Below are positions 41,612 to 54,242 of a stretch of 64,000 nt of DNA, in pieces. The number at the start of each line of letters is the position of its first letter. Position 1 is the first letter of the stretch. The position numbers and the translations under genes are program-made. The stretch comes from the human T2T-CHM13v2.0 reference genome, Homo sapiens: assembly GCF_009914755.1 (NCBI RefSeq), contig NC_060935.1. One strand, written 5' to 3'. The notes beneath the pieces are model-generated. The model was not told the DNA's origin, did not search any database, and saw nothing but the letters and a program-made list of their open reading frames with translations.

Positions 41612-41735
41612 GCTCAATTCACGTCGCTGCTCCTTTGCTAGGGGAGCAGTGTGACTGGTGGAAAAGTGGCATGTGGACCTGGACACAACCCTGACCAGCA
41701 GCATGACCTCGCTTGACTTCTCTGAGCCTCAGTTT
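41612..41735 (+). repeat. 124-bp local duplication, copy B (continues as MIR to ~41830)
   Basis: Matches 38525-38648 at an offset of 3087 bp. Confidence 0.9.
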
Positions 41736-43029
41736 CTGTGTGTGGAAAATTGGAGTGCTAATGAGAACCTCAATGGATTGCTGTGAGAATTTAAAACCCT
41801 GAGCCATCCTAGCCTGCTGGAGGTGTTTAATAAATGATAGGGGCAGCTATCAGCCCATATGGCCAGATACAGGTAGTGATGGATCAATGGACCATGGAGC
41901 AAAGGAGCAAGAGACGCGGGATTAGAAGTGGGTACACCTCTGACCACCAGGGGCTGACCCTGGCCTGCCCCTACTCCCACCCTAGAGAGCAGCCCAGGGT
42001 ACACTCCGGTCTGGACCAAGGCCCTGGGCCCAGCCCCGAGGCCAGTTTCTGGCCTCCCCACCTGGCACTGATGGATGCCCAGGTGGGTGACTGCAAGGGC
42101 TGCAGCCAGGATCAATACTCTAATCAACACCACATGGACCCTGCCAGTGTTTTTCCCTCCACCCCAAACTAGAGGGTAGGGACAGGTGCAGGGAGCTGCT
42201 GAGAGGAGAGATGAGCCCCAATGCCGATTTCTTCACTCAGTGAATAATGGAATCAGTGGGCGAGCAGGAGGAATGGGCTGGGGAGGACACAGGCAGGGTT
42301 GCTGAGGAGCCTCTCCAGTGGCAGATGGGAGCCTGAGGTGCCCCCCCGACCCTGAATGCTGCCCAGTCCTGAGGAAGAGGCATCTGATAAGAGCACAGGC
42401 TTAGATGGGGGACGATGACTGCTTCTCAGACCTTCTGCCAACAGCAAGTCTCCGCTGCATGCCCTGCCCCTTGGCTCTGATAGCTCAGTGTCCTCGTCCT
42501 GTCACCTTCCTCCTTCAAAGTCTTGCCCCAGACCTTATATCCAGGGCTCCCATGCAGACTCCAGAAACACCTTTCCTTCCCTGTAGCCCTGCAGCATGAA
42601 GGGTAGGTGGGCTGGCCCTGGGCCGTGGCTGGGGGCTTCTGTTTGAGTTTGCTTCTGTATGGGGTTCCAGTTCTTCCTCCACCCAAGGTCGAGAGCCTTC
42701 TGTCTTGGAGCTGACTGCTCTGTTTCCGGCCTTGCCAAGTTGGTGTCTAGGTCCTGCTGGCACACCTGCAGCCATTGCTCCATCTTCCTGCTGGCTTGCT
42801 TGCCAGGTGCCAAATGTCACTCTTCCAAGTGGCCACCACAGTGCTGTGTGCCCAAGGAAGAGCCACGGCCCCTTCCACTTTTCCTTAGCAGGTGCAAGGA
42901 GAGGTGGAAGGGGCCTTGGCTGCCCTCCTGCCCTGCCCCATGACCTCTTTGGAGGCAGCCTCTATTGCTAACTGGGCTCTGTATACACTCTACCACATCC
43001 CCAAAAGGAGGTCTGGGCATCTCCCTCCC

Positions 43030-43050
43030 CAAGCTGTCCCTGGTGCTGAG
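43030..43050 (-). promoter_or_regulatory. RE1/NRSE (REST site)
   Basis: Minus strand CTCAGCACCAGGGACAGCTTG: perfect TCAGCACC-nn-GGACAGC core with a degenerate 3' tail. Confidence 0.7.
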
Positions 43051-46000
43051 AGGTTCTCAGGCTGGGAATCCTGCCCTGCAGGAGTCACACCACAGGAAAG
43101 GCCTGGTCCTAGTTATGGCTCTACCACGGTTAAGCTGCGTGACCTCGGCTAAGTCACTTTATCTCACTGAGCCTCACATCCTAGATATACATGGGAAGGA
43201 ACCCTCTCTGCTCTCCTGGCCCCACAGGGTTTCTAAGGGCAGAAAATGTGATGTTTCCTAATGGCCTGCAAAGACACAGCCAGGCAGTGGGGACTGGGCT
43301 CTAGCTCTGGCTGCTGACTCCAACCTCTTGATAGCAACCCACCAAACCCCATGGCCTCTTCACGTGGAAATATAGGAGTAAGAGACTGGAAGGATATGGG
43401 GAGACTTTGGGAGAGGTCAGGAGATCAGGAGTACCCTTGAATCGGGACTCCAGGAACCAGACTTCATCTTCTTTTGCCATCTGTCATCCGGTTCTTGCAC
43501 ACCAATTCCAGGTGTCCATGGAGGCCTGTGTGGTGCTGAGGTCAGGACTCAGGGGTAAGGGAAGTGTGGCCACAGAGCCAGGCTAGACAGGGAGGTGTGT
43601 CAGCGGCTCTCATGGGCTGCCCGGCTCAAAACAGCTCCTCACTCGGCAGTAAAGGCCACTCCTGGCCAACCTCCTTTACTTCTCTCCCCACTTACCTAGA
43701 CTGTCATAGCCAGGAGAGGCCCCTTAGAGAACTTACAGGTAAGATTGCTTAAGCCCAGAGAGGGGAAGGGACCAGCTCAATGTCACACAGCAAGTGGATC
43801 CCAGGACCCTGACTCCAGGGCCATTACTCTTTATAGTAGACTTGTGGTTTGCAAACTGGGTTTCTGGGGGCCCCAAGGCTCTAGGGATGCCGTACGTGGG
43901 AGGGTAATCGGGGCTTGAGTGATTAGGGCTTTGTTCCCTCCACCGCATCTCCATCAGCCAGAGCTGCTCTCTCCTCTTCAATCAGTATTTCACTTCCAGG
44001 GAAAATGTAGGAAAAACAGAATTGTGTTGCAGAAAAACAGTGGGAAAATGGCTGTGTTGTACCCTACCACATCCCCCCGATTGACACCCAGTGCCGTCTC
44101 TGGAGCTCCCAACCTTACCTGACTCGGCCCTTCCCCCATCAACTGTCCCTGGCAGCCTGTCCTCCTCTGCTTTGAATGGTTCTGAGCTCTTCTTCCAGGC
44201 CACATTTCTGTCTATGCCTCTGTCTAAAATCAAAGTCAACCTTCTAACTAACCAACGCTAATGACTAATCTCTGCTGAAGAGCTCGCAGGCGAAGGCCTT
44301 CTTAGGTATCGATTGTCTTTTAACAGTGACCTTCTGGAGATAGTGCCTACATTTGTTTTAAAGGCCTGGGGGAAGCCAGCTGGGGAGATACTTCTGGACA
44401 AGAGGACTTTTGGGGTTTCTTCCCCCTACACTGTGAACCCCAATGCCTGCTGCCGTCACGGAGCCTCGGTGCCGTGAGGAGAGGGGTAGGGTGGTGGGTA
44501 GGATAGTGAGAGGGGCCCAGGCCTCGGGGCCCACTGCCTGGCTTCTCAGCCTGGCTCACTCTGATCTTCAGCAAGTGCTATGCCTTAATTCTCTACTTGG
44601 AAATGGGCCTGATTATAGCACCGCATCCACCTTCTAGGGTGGGCTTGAGGATCAATGATGTCATTCATGCGAAGTGCAGAGAACAACGCTCAGCAGATTT
44701 CGTGCCCAGCTGTGTTGGCTGTGATTGGTGGGGTGGGAGCAGAGGCAGGTGATTGACTCTCAGCATCCCCCCATTTCACAGATGGAGGAAAGGAGGCTCA
44801 GAGCAGGTCTGTAAACATTCCCTGGGGCCAACCCTCCAATCGCCACCGGGTCCCACCTCTCTGAGCCATCTCTAAAGGTGCCACAGGGCTGCCTGAGTCC
44901 AGCCTGTTCCAATGTCGGACTCACACCCAGGCTTCCCTGCAGAAAGCATCCGCTGTCTCCCCAGGTGTGCCCACTCTTCCTAGGCAGATGACACCCTCCC
45001 CAGTTCCCTCTCCTGTCTCTTCTCTAAGCCCTCTTCTTCTGGAACTTTGTTGCTGAGACGTTGCATCCCTCCATCTGTTCCGTTCCTCCTCATTTTGGCT
45101 AGAGGGCCTGACCTAGTTTAGGGGTGGCTGGTTAGGGAAGGCTGTGTGTGTGTGTGCACACTCATGCTTATGTGAAAGTGGCAGTGCACAGACAGGAGCA
45201 GGAGTGTGTGTAGATATGTGTGTGTGTGTAAGTGTGTGTGCACATGGATGCCTTTCTGGGAGTGTGTATAACAGGGAACACATAGTGGGCTGTAAACAGT
45301 ACCAGACCTGGAGGCAGAGCTGGGGCATCTTTGCCAGGCTCTGCTGATTACTAGCCATGTGCCTTTAAACTAGCACAGAATCTGGCAGGACTAGGCGCTC
45401 AGTGAGTGCCTCCTGCAGAGCCAAATGTGCTCCCAGTGTGGGCTCATGAGTGCAGTGTCCTGGGCAGGCCAGGGCGGGGCTCTTTTCTCCTCCCAGGGCA
45501 AAGTGTCCTTGTCAGCCTGGCTGTCTGCATGGGCTGCTCTCTGTGACAGTGGGAGTGGGCACCTGAAGCTTTCCTGACCAGTGCCCAGTGTGTGGACTTG
45601 TCCTGGACATGGAAGTGCCCTTCTGCCTGCCTCTGGTACCCTCTGTGGGAGCCACGGTGGAAATGGCTCAGGCCTCGGGCTCTTACGGGGCTGGAGACTT
45701 CCAAAGCCCCACACTGAGCAGCTGGGGGAGCCTGAAGTTGCCTAACTTCTCTGGGCCTTACCCTCCTCTCTAGCAAAAGGAGGCTCATGCTCTCTGTCAT
45801 GATGGTCTCTTGAGGTTTTTAAGAGGATGCAATATAAAGAAAAAGGCCTTAATAAGTGGGGACTGTTCATTCATGTGATCTGTCATAGACCTGATGTGCT
45901 GCTTCCATGAGATGATGCATGTCAGCTCCTTGCACAGCGCATGGCATGCAGCAGGAGCACCACAAAAGCAACAGCTTCTAGTAACTACATGGCCAGCTCT

Positions 46001-47559
46001 CCTCCTGGGGAGGGGGGCGCCACCCACCATGCGGCTGAACTTGGCTGACTGCTCTGTAGCCCATTAGCCATGCCCAGGAGCTATCTGGGGTGTTTTGTCT
46101 TCTAGGGTCCCTTCGTCCCAAGCAAATCGGACCCTGATTAACTTCCCATCAGGAGTGAGGTCAGCCTGTCTTTGGGACAAACTTGTCCCCAGTACTGTCT
46201 GGGGCATTGGTGGGGCTGGGCACCTGGGCTGGGGGAGGAACCATGTGGCATTTGGCTTTGGGGGATTAAAGTCAGCCTTTGGCCTTCACCTGCCACCTGG
46301 TGTGACAGAGGAAACTGGGTTTTGGAGGCCAAGGGGCTTGGTGGGAAGCACGTGCTGCTGTTGGCTCCTGGCTGGGGGTGCTGGTCTGGAAGGGAAGAGC
46401 AGCTTGGCCTCAGGAAGCCTTGTCTTTTTTCCACCCTAGAGTGGGGAGCTGGAGCCCGAGGTTGCGGGAGTCTGTGAGTCAGGAGACCTGAACTCCATCA
46501 CTGACACACACCGGTGTCCACAGGCAAGGATGAGGTTAACTGGGCACCAGTTTCCCCACCTGTGGAAGGGGGTGAGCCCCAGCATTCTTGTTAGGCTCCT
46601 CAAGGGCTGAGAAGATATCAGGCACAGCAGACTCCTCTCCAAATGGCAGGTGCAACGGCCCTGGTCATCCTCTGGGCAGTGTTCCAGTCTCTTGCCTTGA
46701 CATCCATATCCCCTGTGGTGCCTTCCACCCTCCTTCCCTTGTCCCATCCTGATGAGGGTCCTGGGCCACCAGCCTGTGGCAGGGAGTGGCAATAGGTGGA
46801 GACCCTCTCGGCACTCCCTGTGGCCACTGCCAGCCCTCCCCAGATAACCCATTTCTGCTCCATTAGGCCATCCTGTGACATGTGTGCGAGGGTTCCTGGT
46901 GGGAGCAGGAGCCCTTACCACAGAAAACATGCACAAAAGGAAACACTCAGTTTCCGCCTAGCCCAGGTAATGGCTGTTATGTTCTGTATTATCAGCCATC
47001 AGAGCACGGGGCTGGGATGGAGCAAGAGCCCGTTCCTCTCACGGCCTGTGGATAAACAACCCGGCTTGTGGCAAATAAAATGGGAAAGTTGAAATATTGA
47101 AATACAGTTGCCATTTCGTTCAAGTTGGATATTAATAGCTGCAGGGACAGGCTCATAAAGAAGGGGCGGGGGAGGAGAAGGAAGAAAGGGAACTGTGAAC
47201 ACTGTTAACATCCAATTTCCTCAGAGGATTGGAACCCTTTGAGGCTCTGGTCTCAGGAGCCGGCAGGCGGGGCGAGGCGTTGCTGTCAGAAGGTGCTGAC
47301 ATGGCAGCTTCCTTTTCCAGGAGGCAGCTCCTACTCATGGAGTGAGTGGAGTGAGGATGCTGCTGGGACAGGGAGGCCTGGGCATCATGGGGGCACCTAA
47401 ACCCTCCCTGGCACCTCACAGTGCCTGGACATGTGTCCCTGGCACCAGCCACTGCTCCATGACATGCTGATGGCACATTGCTCCCTGACCATCCCACAGA
47501 TACTCCTGGCCACAGGCATGACCACACTTGTGTAGAACGATGTCACCTGCCCATGTCCT

Positions 47560-47900
47560 CTTTAGCAGGCTGGTGTGCTCCTCCGCAGCTTCCCCTTGTG
47601 CAGAGACCTGTGCTAGCCTGGGAGGTTACCTCCAAACCCTCCTCACCGCAGCCATCACCCAACGACTGGCCAACTCGAGGCTACAAAGGGCTGAGCCCCT
47701 TGCTGGAGAGGGGATAACTTTCTCAGCTGATTAATGCCCCAGAGTGACACAGGCATCAGGCTAAGGGCTGACTGCCCTGAGCCTCCATATGCTGCTTCCC
47801 TCACTCCTTTATAGGTTTTGCTGAAGAGAGCTCCTTCAAGAAGCCACACGCCCCCAAATCTCTGCCTCAAGTGCTGCTTCTGAGGAGCCCAGCCCTGAGA
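47560..47900 (+). mobile_element. Possible LTR16-like (ERVL) LTR remnant
   Basis: 3' end resembles tgcttccctcactcctt...aaatctctgcctcaagtgctgcttctgaggagcccagcc. Confidence 0.4.
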
Positions 47901-48054
47901 GCAGCTGGGCGGCCTGGGGCAAGCCACTCCACCCTCTGAGCCTCAGTGCCTTCATCTGTGAAACGGGAAATAACACCAGATCATGGGATTGCTGAGACCA
48001 TCCAAGGAGACGTTGTCAGCAAACTTCTTTGCCCTCTGTTAGGGACTTGGATGA

Positions 48055-48530
48055 GTGTCCCCTCGCTGCTGCAACAAACTACCACAAACTTAGTGGCTTA
48101 AACAATGCACATTTATGATCTTCTAGTTCTGGGAGTCAGAAGTCCAAATGGGCCTCGCTGGGCTCAAACAAACGTGTTGGCGGGGCTGCATTCCTTCCGG
48201 AGGCTCTGAAGGGGAGTCTGTTTCTTGCCTTTGCCAGCTTCCAGAGTCTGCGTTCCTTGGCCCTGTGGCCTCTTCCTCCCTCTTCAAAGCCTGTGAAGTC
48301 CGCCCCGGGCTGCATCACTTTGATTCTGACCCCCTACCCTTTCCTTCACTTATTAGGGCCCTTTTGACTACACTGGGTCCACCTGGCTAATCCAGGATAA
48401 TCTCCTCATCTCAAGATCCTTAACTTAATCATATCTGCAAAGTCGATTTTGCTGTGGAAAGTCACATATTCCCAGGCTCTGGGGAACAGGAGGTGGATGC
48501 TTTGGGAGGGACTTTCTTCTGCCTACCACA
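48055..48530 (-). mobile_element. MLT1C/D-type MaLR solo LTR
   Basis: aacaaactaccacaaacttagtggcttaaacaa...tcagaagtccaa...taatccaggataatctcctcatctcaagatccttaacttaatc...ctgcctaccaca. Confidence 0.88.
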
Positions 48531-49797
48531 GAATGCAGTAAGCCCAGGTCAATGTCTATTTATTTCCTCTCCTCAGGCATGCTATCGCACCCCTTTGAGA
48601 CTATTTCTACCTCTTTAAAGACCATTGTGAGGATTGCTGTGTATAATGGGTGTGAGGGGATTTGCAAATGGGGCTATGGAAGGAGAGAGTCTTCCAGCTT
48701 CTCAATCCCCCCATAGGGCTTCCTCTACTGATTCTGCACCCAGCTGTGCCCTCCTCTCTCCTGAAGCTCTTCTCCTTGCTGTCCTGTGACCAACGTTTCC
48801 TGGAAATGCCTTTGTAGGAGAAGCAGCTTGATCTGCTCTTGGCAATGGGGTCAAGAAGTCAGGGCTTCCAGGCCTGATTGTGGAGAGGACTGAGGGGTCC
48901 AAGCCCATTTCGCACCCACCGCTTGCCCAGATCTTGTCCGCCTGGTGCTACATTTTAGGAAGGGATGGGCATCAGAATGGAGAGGAAGGAATTGCTGCAG
49001 AATAACTGGGTTCTGTGGGATAAGGAAGCACTCGGGACTGAGTTGCTGGTCTTGGCAGGATCAGAAATTTGGCCTGTGGCAGCCAGACTTCTGGTATCCT
49101 CTTTGTTTAATCTCTATAAAGTTCCATATAAATGTGCAGCCTGTGTTCATTGTGCTGATGGGAAGAAAAGGAAGGGGACTGGGTTTGGGAACACGTGGGG
49201 CCAGAGAGACGGGTGGCAAGGGAAGGGTCCAGGGGAGTGGGACAGCAGAATTACAAGTGGGGTGAGCTGGGCAGGGTGTCCCCTCTTCCAGACAGTCGTG
49301 CCCTGTCTGGGTGAGCCTCCCCTACTTGTGTCAGCCTATCGTGGTGATCTGGGCAGGCCTCTGCACGCCCTGTTGGATGGGGAGTCCCCGGAGAACAACG
49401 GCGCTGTCCTATTCCTCCTGCGTCTCAGCACCCAGCATGGGCCAGGCACAGCGGGGTGCTCAGTATCCACTATGAGGAGCACTGAACCCATGAGGAAGTG
49501 AGGGGCTGTCCATGCCTTCACCGTACCTGCTGCCCTGGTGGGTCCGTCATGGCCAAGTCTCTGTAACTCCCTGGGGACAGAGCTCAGCCTACTCTAGGGC
49601 CAGTCATATACTTTTTCTAAAAAGCTTCTTGGAACTTTCCATTTGTCTTGAAAAGCACAGCGCGAGTACTGGCCAGGGAGATGGGATATTTAAAGTCAAG
49701 ACTGTACTCTCAGAATCCTCTGACAGACCTTGTGTGAGTCACTTCCTCTTTCTGGACTTTATTTTCATCATCAATTAAATGACACTTTGGTCTGAAT

Positions 49798-50130
49798 CAG
49801 TGGTTCTCAAATTGTAGCTAGCTTCAGAATCACCTGGAGGGCTTGTTAACCCAAAGACTACTGGGGCCCACCCAGAGTGTCTGACTCAATAGGTCAAGGA
49901 TGTGCATTTCTATTAAGGCTCCCAGTGATGCTGATGCTGCTTGTCCAGGACCACACTGAGGATCATTGGTTTTAAGTGCATCAGGTGTACCTGAGAAGTT
50001 TGCTGAGAAAACCTTGATTCCCAGGCTCCACCCCTAATGACTTGGACTCCATTCTTTTGTGGGTAAATCTGCATCTTCTTAACGAACTCCCTGGGTAATT
50101 CTGACGTGAAACACCATTTGGGAACACCAG
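49798..50130. mobile_element. MER5A (49798-49969) followed by a second MER5-type element
   Basis: cagtggttctcaaa...cagaatcacctggagggcttgttaa...gtgatgctgatgctgct...ccacactgaggatcattg; the second unit has ctgggtaattctga...tttgggaacac. Confidence 0.8.
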
Positions 50131-50169
50131 GCTGCATGCTCTCCAAAGTTACTCTTGTTTTTTCTTTTG

Positions 50170-50370
50170 GTTGTTTTTGTAAAACAGTTTTATTGAGGCA
50201 TAATTGACATAGTGCACATGGCACATACTCAGTGTGTTCAATTGGATAGGTTTTGACTTATGGATACTGTTGTGAAGTGTCAGCACAACTAAGATACTGA
50301 ACACATCCATCACTCCCCAAAAGTTTCTTCATGCCCCTTGGCTATCTTTCCTGTCTGCTCCTCCCCTCTC
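50170..50370 (-). mobile_element. L1M 3' end fragment
   Basis: agttttattgaggcataattgacata...aacacatccatcactccccaaaagtttcttcatgcccct. Confidence 0.75.
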
Positions 50371-52548
50371 TAAAGTTTTTAACCACATGTGGTTCTAAAT
50401 TGGGCTGATGATTTCCATTCTGAAGGTAGGAGTGAGGGTATGAATGGGGAGGCTTCCCTTCTCAGGCCCTGTGCACAGCTTGGAAGCCTCTCCATAGGGA
50501 GAGGGTGGTGGTGGGTTTGGGGAAGGAGGCCTGGAGAAGATGCTTGATTGGCAAGGCTGGGAGTTTGGTCCAGTGATCAAGCTGTGGAGGACAATGAAGG
50601 TGAGAATTACCTTATATTGAGAAAGGGGCCACTGTCCCCAGGTGAAGGTGAGGAAAGGGAGGGAGTGGTGCTGAGCTTCAATGGGAGCAGACAAAAGGGG
50701 CCCAGGAAGGGGAGGAGGCACAGTGAGGAGAGGGAGGTGGTGACAGGGTCCAGGCAAGAACAGGCCCAGTAGACTAGAAAGTAAAATTATCCTGGCAAGG
50801 GTGGGGACTCTCAGCTTTGCTTCCTTCCATTCAGGCAAATTAAAAAACATATATGAAGTACCCACAAGGTGCCAGGCACTGGGCTAAGCCCTGGGGAATG
50901 CAGTCTCCTATAGGAGACAATATAGATATGGACACTGTCAATCAATGCCGTAATTGCCTTGGTAGGAATAGGCACAGAAGAGCTGGGACACTGCTGGGCT
51001 ATGTACCCACAGCCTGGAAATTCTGCAAAGATGTCCTTGTCATGAGTTTTGTGCAGGTATGAATATCCAATCTGAAGATGTTGAGAGATAGCTCCTCCAT
51101 TGCAATAACCACCGCCCCAGAGTCTGATGGTGATGGGAAGGCAGTTTGAACCCTCGGGGGTTGAGACCAAAACCATATTATCTGGTGGAGGTGATGAGTA
51201 GCACAAGTATTCAGGAGAGGTGGAGATACTTGGGCATCATCATACAACCAGGAGACTAGGGACATCCCTGGGAAGAAATGGAGAAAGACTCCTAGAGGGG
51301 ATGAAACCTCCTGAATGAAGATCCTTCCTTCAGGTCCTCCCTGCATGGGATTTGACAATCCTCTGCATCATGCTTAGTGTGTTTGTGTGTGTGTGTACAT
51401 CCATGTGCATGTGTGTGTATGCGTGTGTGTGTGTGTATGTGTGATAAACCATATTTCAATCTTTCAGCCATTCATGTTTCGTTCAATGAGTCAGCTAATT
51501 CATTTACCTGTTGCAAGCGAAACACTCTGCTGGGTCGGGTACGATAGTGAACAAGACAGGCAAGTTCCTTACCCATGGTATTCCTACTATTCTAGTAGGA
51601 ACCTGACTCTTAAAAACTCTCTTTAAAGAGCCAAAGAAAGGTGCCTCTGGTGGACAGATTTCGGGCCCCACATTATATACCCTCAGGTAGAGGCAAAGGG
51701 AGAATTTGAAACGATGGTTGTACCGATGGTTGTACTACAATATTCCCTCACTCCCATGCTGTCACTACATACACATGAATTGCGTTGTTATTAAAAATGA
51801 AATGGGTTGCCAATGTTTCTCCAAGTGTGACCCAGAACAAGGAGACTCACTTGGTAGCTTGTTCCAAAGGTAGATTTTGGGACAATTCACCTCTACTTAC
51901 CCCACCTTCACTCATTGATTTGGGATTTTGAGAGGGGCCATAAGTGATTCTAGAATCTGAATTTAACAAGCCTCCAGATTATTCTTGTTAATGGAGGCTT
52001 TTAATTGAAGGCCGTGTACATGAAGGTGCATGTTTGTAAATGTGCAGCTGAATGGATTTTTGCAAGGTGAGCACACCTGGAAAATCAGCATCTGATCTAC
52101 AAACAGAAACATCTCTAGACCTCAGAAATTCCCTTTTGCCTTCTTCTAGCCGGTCTACCTCCCTCCACCAAGGACAACCGCCATTATGACTTCTAACTTC
52201 ATTTTATCCCCCTTTTTAAAAACTTTATATAAATGAAACTATACACTATGTAGTCACTTGTGTCTGGCAAAATTTCCCTAAACACTGTTTTTGAGATTTA
52301 TTTATATGGCATGTACTTGTAGTTTGCATGTTCTCATTGATGTGTAGTATTCCTTTGTATGACTATACACAATTTATTTTTCCATTCTTCTGTAGATGGG
52401 TATTTGGACTGTTTCCAGTTGGGCTATTATGAATAGTGCTGCCATGAACATTCTTGTATAATATTTTGGTGCTCATATGCACTCAGTTCTGCCGGAGTGG
52501 GGTTGCTAGGTCGAGCATATGCTTGTGTTCAGCTTTAAAGATGTTGTC

Positions 52549-53638
<1,090 letters not shown>

Positions 53639-54211
53639 CATAGACTCTTTTCTGAATGGCTTGTGCTAATTTATAGCCCCACCAGAAATGACAAGTTCCA
53701 ATTTCTCTATTTACTTGACCACACATGGAATTGCCTGCCTTTTAAATTTTAACCATTATGATGGGTGTATGGCAATATTGTGTCTTGGTTTTCATTTGCC
53801 TTTCTTTGATGGCTAATGAAGTTGAGCACCTTGTGTTAATTAGCCATTCAAATATCCTCTTTGGTGAAGTGCTCCTTCAAGTCTTTTGCCCATTTTTTTT
53901 TAGTGGATAATTTATCTTTTTCTTGTTTGTAGGAATTCTTTTTATATTCTGATTATGAATTCCTTGTTGGACATCTGTATTGCAAATATTTTATTCCATT
54001 TTTTGCTCTCTGGAGCAAATACTCCAGAGAGTATTTGCTGTTTCACTCTCTATTTTTAAAGTTATTTTGGAATATTTTCAAATTCACTGACAAGTTACGA
54101 GAATAAAAGTAGTACAAGAGTTCTATAATAGCCTTAACTCAGATTCACCTTTTGTTACCATTTTACACCATTTGCTTTATTATTTGTACCCTCTTTCCAT
54201 ACCTGTCTCTC

Positions 54212-54242
<31 letters not shown>

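Noticed and set aside
43730-43745. cag|gtaaga as a recursive splice site (also tag|gtgagt at ~57121)
   Set aside because: No upstream polypyrimidine tract.
49400-49432. REST half-sites ggcgctgtcc and tcagcacc
   Set aside because: Non-canonical orientation and spacing, within an L2-like 3' end.
51712-51736. 12-bp tandem duplication (also ~3107-3130)
   Set aside because: Ordinary slippage; too short to be informative.
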